NCBI GenBank assembly: GCA_963720825.1
Contig: CAVRGY010000006.1
Span: 61,827-125,826, forward strand
Direction of reading: 5' to 3'
Source of the DNA: an uncultured Chloroflexia bacterium
GTDB taxonomy: Bacteria; Chloroflexota; Limnocylindria; Limnocylindrales; CSP1-4
DNA length: 64,000 nucleotides
The stretch's first letter is position 1. Every line of letters starts with the position of its first letter. Positions 54,901 to 63,872 of this stretch are shown one piece after another. The notes beneath the pieces were generated by a model. The model was given only the letters and a program-made list of their open reading frames with translations, had not been told where the DNA came from and did no database searches. Position numbers and translations under genes: made by a program.

Positions 54901-57011
54901 GTGCCGTTGTTGCTGACGGTGACCGTGAAGCCGATGTCGTCGCCCGCGTTGACGGTGCCGTTGTCGGCCGTCTTGGCGATGTCGATCTGGGCGCACAGGA
55001 CGCTGATCGAGCCGTCATCGCTGTTGTTGCCCAGGACGTTCGACGGCTCGTTGGTCGCCGACGCCGAGGCGGTGTTGTTGATCGGTCCGCAGTCGCTGCC
55101 GTCCGTCACCGCGCTGACCGCGTAGGTCTTCGTGGCGCCGGGGGCGAGCGTGCCGACGTTGCAGGTGAGGACCTGGCTGCCGTCCGCTCCGGCGATGGAG
55201 CAGTCCGCCTCGCTCTCGGTCCAGTGCTGGCCGGCGGGGAGGTTGTCGGAGACGCTGACACCGGTCGCGGTGCCGCTGCCGATGTTCTCGACCTTGATCG
55301 AGAACGTGGCGGTATCACCGGCGTTGATGCTGGCGCCGTCGGGCGTCTTGGTGACCTTGATGTCGGGGCACTGGACGACCACCGAGGCGGTCGACTGTGC
55401 GGATCCGTCGTTCGAGGTCCCGACGCTGGCGGTGTTGCTCACCGTGCCGCAGTCGGCGGCGTCCGTGACGCCATGGACGTGGACGGAGAACGAGGCACCG
55501 GCCGCGAGGCTTGGCCTTGGAGCAGTTGAGGGTCTGGCTGCCGACCGCGCCGGTGATGGCGCAGGTGAGGCCGCTCGTGCTGCCGGTCGCCGCGTCGGCG
55601 GTCCAGGACACGCCCGCGGGAAGCGGGTCGCTGACGTTGACGCCGAGTGTCGTCTGCGTTCCGTTGTTCTCGACCAGGACGTCGAAGCCGATCTCGGCAC
55701 CGGCGCTGACCGGGCCGGCCGGGTTGGCCGTCTTGGTGATCGAGATCGTGGCCGGGGCCACGGTGAAGCACTCGGTCGTGGTATTGGTGTGCGAGCCGAA
55801 CAGGTACTGGGAGCTCGCGTCAGGCGTGTACTCCGCTCGCCAGCAGTACTTCCCTGCGGCCGCGGCCGTAAGCCCGACGGTGTAGGCCGCGGACGTCGCC
55901 GTCCCGCCGTTGGCCGTTGTGCTCACGGGCACCGCACCGCCGACCTGCGTGCCGCCGGTCGGAGCAGTCGGGCGTCGTGGCCGACGGGCCGCAGACGAAG
56001 AACTTGACGCTACCCGATGCCGGGCCGTCCGTGCCGCTCAGGGTCGCGGAGTCCGTGACCGAGCCGCCGAAGTCGGAGCTGGAGACGCTCGACGTCGTGG
56101 TGATGGTCGGTGGCACACAGGTGTTGAACGAGCCGAGTGCGAAGTCCTTGAGCTGCGCCGTCGTGGACTGCGACGAGCGAGTCTCGGCAAGGAAGCTGGA
56201 GAAACAGGGGGCCGTGCCGCCGAAGACGGTGTCGAGGTTGATGCCGCCCTCATAGAACTCACCTGCGGCGAAGCTGCTCGATCCGCCCTTGTCCAGGAAC
56301 GCCCAGGGGGATGAGGTCGTGCCGGCGTTGACGACCGCGCACGCCTGTTCATCTGAACCGACGTCGCACTGCGCGCCGCTCGACCTTGAGCGACAGGCTG
56401 CCGTTCAGCCACTCGTAGATCTTGATCTGCGAGACGGACCCGCCGTTGGTGAAGTCGGAGACGACGAGGATGTCGCCGTTATGGTGGACGCCGTTGAAGC
56501 CGCCGTTGCCGTCGAGGCTGATCTGACCCTGGACGAACCAGAAGCCGATGAATGCGTCACCCGAGCCATCGAACCGGTCGGCACCGAAGTAGACCCAGGT
56601 CTCGCCATTCTTCTGGTATGCCGCGGCGAACGCGTCGAGGATCTGGTCCTTGTCGGGCGCGATGTCGTTCGTGGTGTAGGCCCACTGCGAGATGTCATTG
56701 ACATCCTTGGAGCCACCGGACGTGAAGTAGCGTCGTGTCGTGGGCGGCGTCCTCAACGTCAGCGGCCCCGATGTGGATCGCTGGCAAGCGCGTGATCGGT
56801 CGAGTTCCAGTCGTCGTCCGGCTCGATCGCGGGATCGTCCGTCGCGTTTCCATCGAGCTCGAACAAGCCTCTGGTCGTGGGCCGCGAGCACTGGGGCCGC
56901 GATCACGACGTACTGCAATAGCAGTGAACATACGAAGAGCGCCGTCCAGAAGAGCACGAAGCTCTTCCGGGCACCGGCGCCCAATGGATTGCTCAATCCC
57001 CGAGACCTCAT
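51921..57011 (-). pseudogene. giant secreted DUF11 (conserved repeat domain) surface protein, ~1690 codons, with about six frameshifts confined to the 5' 1.5 kb
   Basis: Signal peptide (ORF 56349..57011). N-terminal domain pieces lie in three frames: GLFELDGNATDDPAIEPDDDWNST / HIGAADVEDAAHDTT / YFTSGGSKDVNDISQWAYTTNDIAPDKDQILDAFAAAYQKNGETWVYFGADRF.. / AQCDVGSDEQACAVVNAGTTSSPWAFLDKGG.. / GGTQVGGAVPVSTTANGG... These are followed by the intact 1259-aa ORF 51921..55700, with at least 10 ~120-aa repeats (V.CPDI.VTKTAD....AG....YTITV.N.G.G.A..V...DTLPAG..W) and a C-terminal TM plus RRRNRRG. Confidence 0.8.
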
Positions 57012-57070
57012 TCCCCGAAACCTCCCGGTAAGGACGCGAAAGCGGCGATAGCGCCGATCTCCCCTGAGTG

Positions 57071-57343
57071 CCGCCGTAACCGGCGGATGAGTTCATTCCG
57101 GAGGACCGTCCCGAATGAATGGGGGACGTGGCTCCAGACCTCTCGCACAGTACTTGGCGAGGGCCGCTAAAGGGGACTAGCACGATCTGGCCCTGACTCG
57201 CCCCAATGCGCCAGATGTCCATTGGACGACACCTCGTTGAGCGTCGATTTCGGTGCCGCGCGGCACCACTGGTCCTGGTACCGGGGTCCTGATCGGCGAC
57301 CCGCTACGATGTCGGGACCCCGACCCGACTTCCAGGAGGACCC
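57071..57343 (+). promoter_or_regulatory. candidate T-box-like leader of argS
   Basis: GGUCC-UGGUACC-GGGGUC at 57271-57288 matches the T-box bulge UGGNACC flanked by helix strands. A perfect hairpin GGUGCC-GCGC-GGCACC (57252-57267) lies immediately 5', in the Stem III position. GGGUCCU (57284-57290) is complementary to AGGACCC (57337-57343), which covers the SD just before the GTG at 57344. GAUGAG (57086-57091) and an AGUA element lie upstream. Not run through a covariance model. Confidence 0.4.
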
Positions 57344-59047
57344 GTGCCCGCTGAGCTCGACCCGGCCGGATCGATCGCGCCCGTGCGTTCGCGTGTCGCG
57401 GACGCCATCGGGCGGGCGTGGGCGGATGCGGTCGCGGCCGGCCGGCTGCCCGCCGTCGGCGATGACGCGGAGACGCCGGCCATCGAGGTGGAGCGGCCCG
57501 CGAACCCGGCATTCGGTGACCTGGCGACCAACCTCGCGATGAAGCTCGCGCGCCCGCTGCGCCGGCCGCCGCTGGCGATCGCGGAGGCGCTCGCCGAGGC
57601 GCTCCGCGCGGGCGCGGCCGCCAGGCCCGGGCTCATCGCCGGCGTCGACGTTGCCCGCCCGGGGTTCCTCAACATGCGCGTCGAGGACGCCGCGTACGAG
57701 GAGGTCGCCGCCGGCATCCTGTCCGCTCCCGCCACGTGGGGCCGCATTCCCGCGGTCAACCCGCGCCGGGTCAATGTCGAGTTCGTGTCGGCCAACCCCA
57801 CCGGCCCGCTCACCGTCGGCAACGCCCGCGGCGCGTTCGTTGGGGACCTGCTGTGTCGGGTGCTCGAGGCCGGCGGCCAGGAGGTGACCCGCGAGTACTA
57901 CTTCAACGACTCGGGTGCGCAGGTCGGGCATCTCGGCGCCTCCGTGATCGCGCTCCGGCGGGGCGAGCCGGTGCCCGAGGACGGCTACAAAGGCGCGTAC
58001 GTCGGCGATCTCGCGCGCGCGATGCCGGACGACGTGTGGGCTGCCGCCACCGCCCCGGGCGCCGATGGGCCCGATCTCGTCGGGCGCTGGGCAATCGCTC
58101 GTCTTCGCCTGGGCATCGAGGCCTCCCTCGCGCGCCTCGGCGTGCGCTTCGACGTGTGGAAGAGCGAGGCCTCGCTCCACGACGAGGGCTGGGTGAGCAG
58201 GGCCGTGGACCGGCTCCGTGCGGCCGGTTACGTGTACGAGCAGGATGGCGCCACCTGGTTCCGGTCGACGACCTTCGGCGACGACAAGGACCGCGTGATC
58301 TTCCGGTCAGACGGGCGCCCGACCTACTTCGCGGCCGACATCGGCTACGTGACCGAGAAGCTCAGCCGTGGCTTCGACCACCTGATCTACGTGTGGGGCG
58401 TGGACCACCACGGCACGGTGGCCCGCAACAAGAACGCCGCCCGGGCGATGGGCTACGACCCCGATCACTACCAGGTGCTGCTGATCGGCTGGGTGCGGTT
58501 CGTCGCCGAGGGCGTCGAGGTCTCGATGTCCAAGCGCGCGGGGACGTTCGTGACCCTCGACGACCTGCTGGACGCGGTCGGGACGGACGCCGCCCGGTGG
58601 TTCTTCGCGTCGCGTGCCGCCCACGTGGAGATCGACTTCGACATCGAGCTGGCGCGGAAGCAGTCGGCCGAGAACCCCGTCTACTACGTCCAGTACGCGC
58701 ACGCCCGGATCGCATCGATCCTGCGTCGCGCCGCCGAGAGCGGGATGGCGCCGGCGAGCGACGTTGCTGGGCTGCTGAGCGGTCCGGCCGAGGCGGCCCT
58801 GCTGCGGGTCGTGGCCCGTTTCCCGGAGGTGGTCGAGGACGCGGTCCGGGCCGAGGAGACCCAGGGGATCACCGCCTACGCGACCGATCTCGCAACGCAG
58901 TTCCATGCGTTCTACCGCGACGCCCGCGTCGTCGATCCGGACGAGCCCGAGCGCTCGGCCAAGCGGCTCGCACTGGCGACAGCGACCAGGACGACGCTGG
59001 CGAATGCGCTGGCATTGCTGGGGATCTCGGCGCCCGAATCGATGTAG
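57344..59047 (+). CDS. argS: arginine--tRNA ligase
   Basis: 567 aa. FGDLATNLAMKLA, VEFVSANPTGPLTVGNARG (HIGH region), DHHG, the MSKR-type loop VSMSKRAGTFV and a C-terminal anticodon-binding domain. Confidence 0.93.
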   Translation: MPAELDPAGSIAPVRSRVADAIGRAWADAVAAGRLPAVGDDAETPAIEVERPANPAFGDLATNLAMKLARPLRRPPLAIAEALAEALRAGAAARPGLIAGVDVARPGFLNMRVEDAAYEEVAAGILSAPATWGRIPAVNPRRVNVEFVSANPTGPLTVGNARGAFVGDLLCRVLEAGGQEVTREYYFNDSGAQVGHLGASVIALRRGEPVPEDGYKGAYVGDLARAMPDDVWAAATAPGADGPDLVGRWAIARLRLGIEASLARLGVRFDVWKSEASLHDEGWVSRAVDRLRAAGYVYEQDGATWFRSTTFGDDKDRVIFRSDGRPTYFAADIGYVTEKLSRGFDHLIYVWGVDHHGTVARNKNAARAMGYDPDHYQVLLIGWVRFVAEGVEVSMSKRAGTFVTLDDLLDAVGTDAARWFFASRAAHVEIDFDIELARKQSAENPVYYVQYAHARIASILRRAAESGMAPASDVAGLLSGPAEAALLRVVARFPEVVEDAVRAEETQGITAYATDLATQFHAFYRDARVVDPDEPERSAKRLALATATRTTLANALALLGISAPESM

Positions 59048-59128
59048 GACCCGTAGACTCGCGAGCCCGCTGGGTCGCGACGGCCGTGGCTCAATGCGCC
59101 GGCCCGGCGGCCCCCGGCGGGCGCGAGG

Positions 59129-60445
59129 CTACCCGGCGAGACCCAGCACGTTGGCCAGCCGGTTGGTCGTCGGATCCGACTCGGCGGTGACCAGGACCAC
59201 GCGCTCGGGGGCCGGGTTCAGGACGACCGCGCTCCGCCCGGCGGCCTTCAGCCGGCCGGCCAGGTCGGCCAGCGCCGCCGAGAACTCGGTGGCGTCCGCG
59301 GTCGTGTCCCACGCCGTGTCAAGGACGACCCCCGTCGCGCCGGCCGGGCCTTCGACCAGCGCGACCCGATCGCCACCCCAGCCCGCGGCGGCCGCGGTCG
59401 CCGTCGAGGCCGTCACGCCGCCGGCGTCGCGGAGCAGGATCCCGAGCTGGAGCTCGCCCAGCGTGTCCTGCATCGACACCGTCCAGCCCGCGCCGAGGCG
59501 GCTCGCAAGATCGCCGGGGAACGTGACCGCGACCGGCTTCTCGGCGGCCGCGAGCTTGTCCGGATGGAGCACCTGCTCCGTCGTGTCCGGCGGGTTCCCA
59601 AACCGGCCGTCGACCGCGTGGTACCCGCCGCGCTGGTAATCGCCGAGGGCCAGCGTGATCCCGGACGTGTACGGGAAAAGTAGCGTCTCGCGCAGGATCG
59701 CGGGCATCCTGGCCAGCACGGCCTCGGATGCGGGATCGGACGCCGTGGCGACCTGGCCGAGCTCGGCCGGCGTGAGGTTCGCCTGCGCCCACAGGCTCAT
59801 GAGCAGCGTCGCGTCGCCCTCGACGAGGGCCGTCCGCGCGAGCGTCTGATCGCCCTTGTCCTTGGCGTCCCCCACGACCGACCGCAGCCCGAAGTGCTGG
59901 TCCTGGAGGGCGTGCGTGTACTCGTGCGCGTACGTGACCTCTTCGGCCGGTCCGATCGCGCCCGACTTCGAGACCACGTACATCTGCTTGGTCTTGTCGT
60001 CATACAGCCCGGCGACCTGGCTCGTGAGCAGCTCGATGTACAGGTCCCCGAGCGAGGCGTCCTGGGGCATCAGCAGCAGCGCCTTGTACAGGGTCTCGGT
60101 GCTCGCGACGAGGGTGGCCGGGTTGTCCTCGGCGAAGCTCTTCTCGAGGTAAGCGCGGAGACCGGCCTCGTCGAGCACGTCGCGGGTCACGGGTGCCGTG
60201 GGCTGGAGGCCTCGAAGCTGGACGACCTGCGCCTCGATCGTCGCGTACAGGGCGGCGTTGGCATCGCTTGCGGCCGGCGTCGCGGATCCGTCCGCCGCCG
60301 GCGTGGCGCTGGCGCCGGGCGTTGCCGTCGGTGGGGCGGCGCTCGCCGACGGGGTGCCGGTCGGGCTGGGCCCGCCGCACGCGGCGACGAGCACGATGAC
60401 GGCCAGCAGCGCCGCGCCGGCCGAGCGGGTTCCGGGGTTTGCCAT
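59129..60445 (-). CDS. lipoprotein, putative zinc metalloprotease (HExxH)
   Basis: Lipobox LVAACGG. Ala/Pro/Thr linker. HEYTHALQDQHF zinc motif with a downstream LVEGDATLLM. Confidence 0.75.
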   Translation of the reverse strand: MANPGTRSAGAALLAVIVLVAACGGPSPTGTPSASAAPPTATPGASATPAADGSATPAASDANAALYATIEAQVVQLRGLQPTAPVTRDVLDEAGLRAYLEKSFAEDNPATLVASTETLYKALLLMPQDASLGDLYIELLTSQVAGLYDDKTKQMYVVSKSGAIGPAEEVTYAHEYTHALQDQHFGLRSVVGDAKDKGDQTLARTALVEGDATLLMSLWAQANLTPAELGQVATASDPASEAVLARMPAILRETLLFPYTSGITLALGDYQRGGYHAVDGRFGNPPDTTEQVLHPDKLAAAEKPVAVTFPGDLASRLGAGWTVSMQDTLGELQLGILLRDAGGVTASTATAAAAGWGGDRVALVEGPAGATGVVLDTAWDTTADATEFSAALADLAGRLKAAGRSAVVLNPAPERVVLVTAESDPTTNRLANVLGLAG

Positions 60446-60559
60446 CGGCGGAATTCTGCCATGCCGACCGCCGATTACCCCTTTGCCGGCGACGACCGAT
60501 GACCCGGATGTCCGTTTCTTAACCGTCTGCAGCCTCTGGCTTGAATCCGGGTCTGGCTA

Positions 60560-60652
60560 AGGTTCGTCCTGGAACACCCCTCAGGTTCCATCCTCCCTCC
60601 CTCGGGACCGGAGGCGCCGATTGGGCAGGCGTCTCCGGTCCTTCCCTTTCCC
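60560..60652 (+). ncRNA. candidate small RNA or leader/attenuator: small hairpin, CU-rich single strand, 14-bp terminator-like hairpin
   Basis: GGAAC-acccctcag-GUUCC (60571-60589). CCUCCCUCCCUC (60592-60603). GGACCGGAGGCGCC-gauugggca-GGCGUCUCCGGUCC (60605-60641), followed by UUCCCUUUCCC. No convincing ORF. The 5' end is undefined. Confidence 0.25.
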
Positions 60653-60758
60653 GGCATGGCGACGGATGACCGGCAGTCAGGCCGACGGAGGCGTGCCGGC
60701 CCGTCCGGCGCCGCACTGGCGTCAGGCCCCGGCAAGTGGGCTGTGCAAGAATCGGGGC

Positions 60759-61430
60759 ATGGAGCTCACCTGGTACGGACGAACCTGCATCCGGCTGCGC
60801 GGCAAGGATGCCGTCGTCGTGGCCGATCCCTATCCATCGATCGTCGGCCCGACCGGTCGCGGTATCACCGGCGACGTCATCACCTTCAGCCACCCGGATG
60901 ACAGCCCGCTGCCCAGGAAGCCGGTCCGGCTCTCGCGCGATGGCGGGACCGCGATCCCGACCAGCCTGGAGTCGGCGTTCGTGCTCGACGGCCCCGGCGA
61001 GTACGAGGTCCACGATGTCCTGCTGACCGGGGTGCGGACCTACCGCGACGATGCCAAGGGCTCGGAGCGAGGGCGCCAGACGGCATTCATGATCGAGGTC
61101 GACGGCATCCACGTCTTCCACCTCGGCGACATCGGCCATGAGCTGAGCGAGGAGAAGCTCGGCGATGTGGGTCGGGTGGCGATCGTCTGCGTGCCGATCG
61201 GTGGCGCGCTCTCGGCGACCAGGGCGGCGGCGGTGGTCGCCCAGCTGGACCCCAAGATCGTGGTGCCCATGCCCGTGTGCGAGGAGGAGTCGGACTGCGC
61301 CGAGGCGCTCGCCAAGTTCCTCCACGAGATGGGCGCCGAGCCGGCCGCCCAGGCCAGGCTGTCGGTCACGGCAACCAGCCTGCCGGCCGAGACCACGACC
61401 GTGATCCTGGAGTCACGCAGCAAGGTCTGA
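60759..61430 (+). CDS. MBL-fold / UPF0173-like metal-dependent hydrolase (degenerate metal motif)
   Basis: Internal ATG (residue 47 of ORF 60621..61430). MELTWYGRTCIRLRG..VVVADP, ITFSHPDDS, IHVFHLGDIGH and VCVPIGG. Confidence 0.6.
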   Translation: MELTWYGRTCIRLRGKDAVVVADPYPSIVGPTGRGITGDVITFSHPDDSPLPRKPVRLSRDGGTAIPTSLESAFVLDGPGEYEVHDVLLTGVRTYRDDAKGSERGRQTAFMIEVDGIHVFHLGDIGHELSEEKLGDVGRVAIVCVPIGGALSATRAAAVVAQLDPKIVVPMPVCEEESDCAEALAKFLHEMGAEPAAQARLSVTATSLPAETTTVILESRSKV

Positions 61431-61533
61431 CGAACGCGCCGGTGACGCGGGCAGACCAGCGCCGGTCGGTCACGGCAGCCGCGGCGCTCGGTCACGGGGC
61501 CGCTACGGCGCTGGACCACGGCGATCGGGCCGA

Positions 61534-62901
61534 TCAGGTCCCGCGGCGGTACACCACGCGCCCTCGCTTGACCACGACGTCCGCGAGATCCGCGCCCACC
61601 CAGTAGGGCAGCTGGTCGACCGTCGTCGCCCGCCAGACCACGACATCGGCGACCTTGCCGGGCTCGAGCGACCCGACCTCCTCGCCGACGCCGGCCGCGT
61701 ACGCGGCGTTGATGGTGACCGCAGCCAGCGCCTCGGCGGGCGACAGCTTCATCTCCAGGCAGGCCACGGTCATCACCAGCGGCAGGTTCGGGTTCGGAGA
61801 GGTGCCCGGATTGAAGTCCGTGCCCAGCGCGACCGGGACTCCGGCCTCGATGAACCGGCGCGCGGGTGCGGCCTCGTCCGCCATGAGGAACCAGGTCGTC
61901 CCGGGCAGCAGCGTCGCGACCGTCGGCCGCGGTCCGTCCGCAGCGGCGGCCAGGGCGGCGATCCCCGCGTCGCTGGGCGCGTGGAGGTGGTCCGCGGACA
62001 GCGCGCCCAGCTCTGCCGCCAGCTCTGCCCCGCCGGACGGCGCCAGCTCGTCCGCGTGGAGGCGGACGGTCATCCCGTACCCGGCGGCCGCGTTCAGGAT
62101 CCGCCGGCTCTGCTGCGCGGAGAACACGCCCTGCTCGCAGAACACGTCGCACGAGCGCGCGCGCCCCTGCGCCGCCACCCCGGGCAGCTGGTCCTCGATG
62201 ACGGATCGGACGTACGCCTCCGTCCCGTCGGGCCGCGACCGGTACTCCTCGGGCACGGCGTGCGCCCCAAGAAACGTCGGGATGACGTCCACGGGTCCCT
62301 CGCGCCCGAGCTGGAACGCGACCTCGAGCAGCCGCAGCTCGGTGGCGAGGTCCAGGCCATATCCGGATTTCGCCTCGACGGTGGTGACGCCATGGCGCGC
62401 CATCTCGTCCAGCCACCGGCGGCCGTGCTCGGCGAGCATCTCGCTCGACGCTGCGCGGGTGGCCGCGACCGTCGACAGGATGCCGCCGCCCGCGGCCAGG
62501 ATCTCCAGGTAGTCGGCGCCCCGCTGGCGGAGCAGCAGCTCGCCCTCGCGCGTGCCCGCGAACAGGAGATGCGTGTGCGGATCGACCAGCCCCGGCGTCA
62601 CCACGCCACCCGCCGCATCGAGCCGCACGAACCTGGCCATCGAGTAGCCGCCCAGCTCCAGGCCATGCTCAACCTGGTCGCGCGGTCCAACCCCGACGAC
62701 CCGGCCGTCCCAGCAGGCGACCACGGGAGCCCCGGGTGAACCCGGACCGCCGGCGTCGGCGGCGTCAAGAAGCGCGAGGTCGCCCTGCCGGTCACCTCGC
62801 CGGAGGCCCCCGGCGAGCGTGGCGACCTGCGACGCGCCGTGAATCAGCAGCCCGGGGGCATCGGCGCTGCCCCGCCCACCCTCGATCAGCCGCAGGCTCA
62901 T
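61534..62901 (-). CDS. hutI: imidazolonepropionase
   Basis: Internal ATG (residue 81 of ORF 61534..63141) overlaps the ftcD stop (ATGA). PGLVDPHTHLLFAG, VEAKSGYGL, FLGAH, RLHADE, ADHL and GTDFNPG. Confidence 0.9.
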   Translation of the reverse strand: MSLRLIEGGRGSADAPGLLIHGASQVATLAGGLRRGDRQGDLALLDAADAGGPGSPGAPVVACWDGRVVGVGPRDQVEHGLELGGYSMARFVRLDAAGGVVTPGLVDPHTHLLFAGTREGELLLRQRGADYLEILAAGGGILSTVAATRAASSEMLAEHGRRWLDEMARHGVTTVEAKSGYGLDLATELRLLEVAFQLGREGPVDVIPTFLGAHAVPEEYRSRPDGTEAYVRSVIEDQLPGVAAQGRARSCDVFCEQGVFSAQQSRRILNAAAGYGMTVRLHADELAPSGGAELAAELGALSADHLHAPSDAGIAALAAAADGPRPTVATLLPGTTWFLMADEAAPARRFIEAGVPVALGTDFNPGTSPNPNLPLVMTVACLEMKLSPAEALAAVTINAAYAAGVGEEVGSLEPGKVADVVVWRATTVDQLPYWVGADLADVVVKRGRVVYRRGT

Positions 62902-63872
62902 CCAGGGCCGCGCGCGGCGTCGAGCCGGAGCTCGAGCGCCATCAGCGGGGAGAAGTCGCGAAGCCGGATCGCGCGGGCCGCGGCGGCGAGGCGATCGTCG
63001 GTCGGCGCATCGCCGGACATGCCTGCCCGATCGGCGACATCGAGGAACGCGGCCAGGGGCGCCAGCCCGATCAGCTCGGACTCTGCGAGCTCGACCCCAT
63101 CCTCGGCCGCCAGCTCGCTCACCGCCTCCCACGCCTGCCACAGGGGAGTTGTCCGGAAGTCGAGCAGGTTCATCGAAACCTGGGCCCGGACCGGGTGGCC
63201 ACGCTCGGGCTCCTCGACCCGGAAGCCGTTTGCCTGCACGCGCGGCAGGCCGCCGCCAGATTCGCGGACGCGCCTGGCGATCCGCTTGGCAAGCTCCACG
63301 TCATCCGAGGCCAGGTTGACGTTCCAGGCGATGAGGAACGGCCGTGCCCCGACCGCGACGGCACCTGCCCGGGGGTGCATCCGGGACGGCCCGAAGTCCG
63401 GCTGCCGGCCGTTGTTGGCGATCTCCGACCGCAGGCCCTCGTACTGGCCGCGGCGCACGTCGGCGAGCTTGACGCGGTCCGCGCGGGTCGCCGCGGCGGC
63501 GTACAGGAAGACCGGCAGCTGGAACCGGGCGGCAGCCCGCTCGCCGAACGCCCGAGCGAGCTCGATGCAGTCGTCGATGGACGTGTCGCCGAGCGGCACG
63601 AACGGGATCACGTCGACCGCGCCGATCCTCGGGTGCTCGCCTGCGTGGGACTCCATGTCGATGTCCTCGATGGCCTGGGCGATGAGCCGCTCGAGGCCGT
63701 CGGACACGGCGTCGTGCTCGCCGGCCACGGTGATCACGCTCCGGTTGTGGCTGGCATCGGAGGTGCGGTCGAGCAGGAACACCCCGGGCACGGAGGCGAG
63801 AGCGTTCACGAGGCGCTCCACCACGTCGAGGCGCCGGCCTTCGGAGACATTGGGCACGCTTTCGACGAGCAC
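62898..63872 (-). CDS. ftcD: glutamate formimidoyltransferase
   Basis: VPNVSEGR, DASHNRSVIT, GEHPRIGAVDVIPFVP, RRGQYEGL, PDFGP and GAVAVGARPFLIAWNVNL are the FtcD N-terminal transferase hallmarks. Confidence 0.9.
   Translation of the reverse strand: MLVESVPNVSEGRRLDVVERLVNALASVPGVFLLDRTSDASHNRSVITVAGEHDAVSDGLERLIAQAIEDIDMESHAGEHPRIGAVDVIPFVPLGDTSIDDCIELARAFGERAAARFQLPVFLYAAAATRADRVKLADVRRGQYEGLRSEIANNGRQPDFGPSRMHPRAGAVAVGARPFLIAWNVNLASDDVELAKRIARRVRESGGGLPRVQANGFRVEEPERGHPVRAQVSMNLLDFRTTPLWQAWEAVSELAAEDGVELAESELIGLAPLAAFLDVADRAGMSGDAPTDDRLAAAARAIRLRDFSPLMALELRLDAARGPG

Noticed and set aside
57086-57125. A complete K-turn / specifier-loop Stem I for the putative T-box.
   Set aside because: GAUGAG is present, but I could not pair a matching GA on the 3' strand, nor place the Arg codons in a canonical internal specifier loop. 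Stem I therefore remains unresolved, and the T-box call rests on the 3' half.
60475-60735. A minus-strand ORF containing an internal ATG directly preceded by GGGAGGGAGG (an apparent strong RBS).
   Set aside because: The SD-like run abuts the ATG with essentially no spacing. The product is Arg/Gly/Pro-rich. The G-rich run is better explained as the complement of a CU-rich plus-strand RNA segment.
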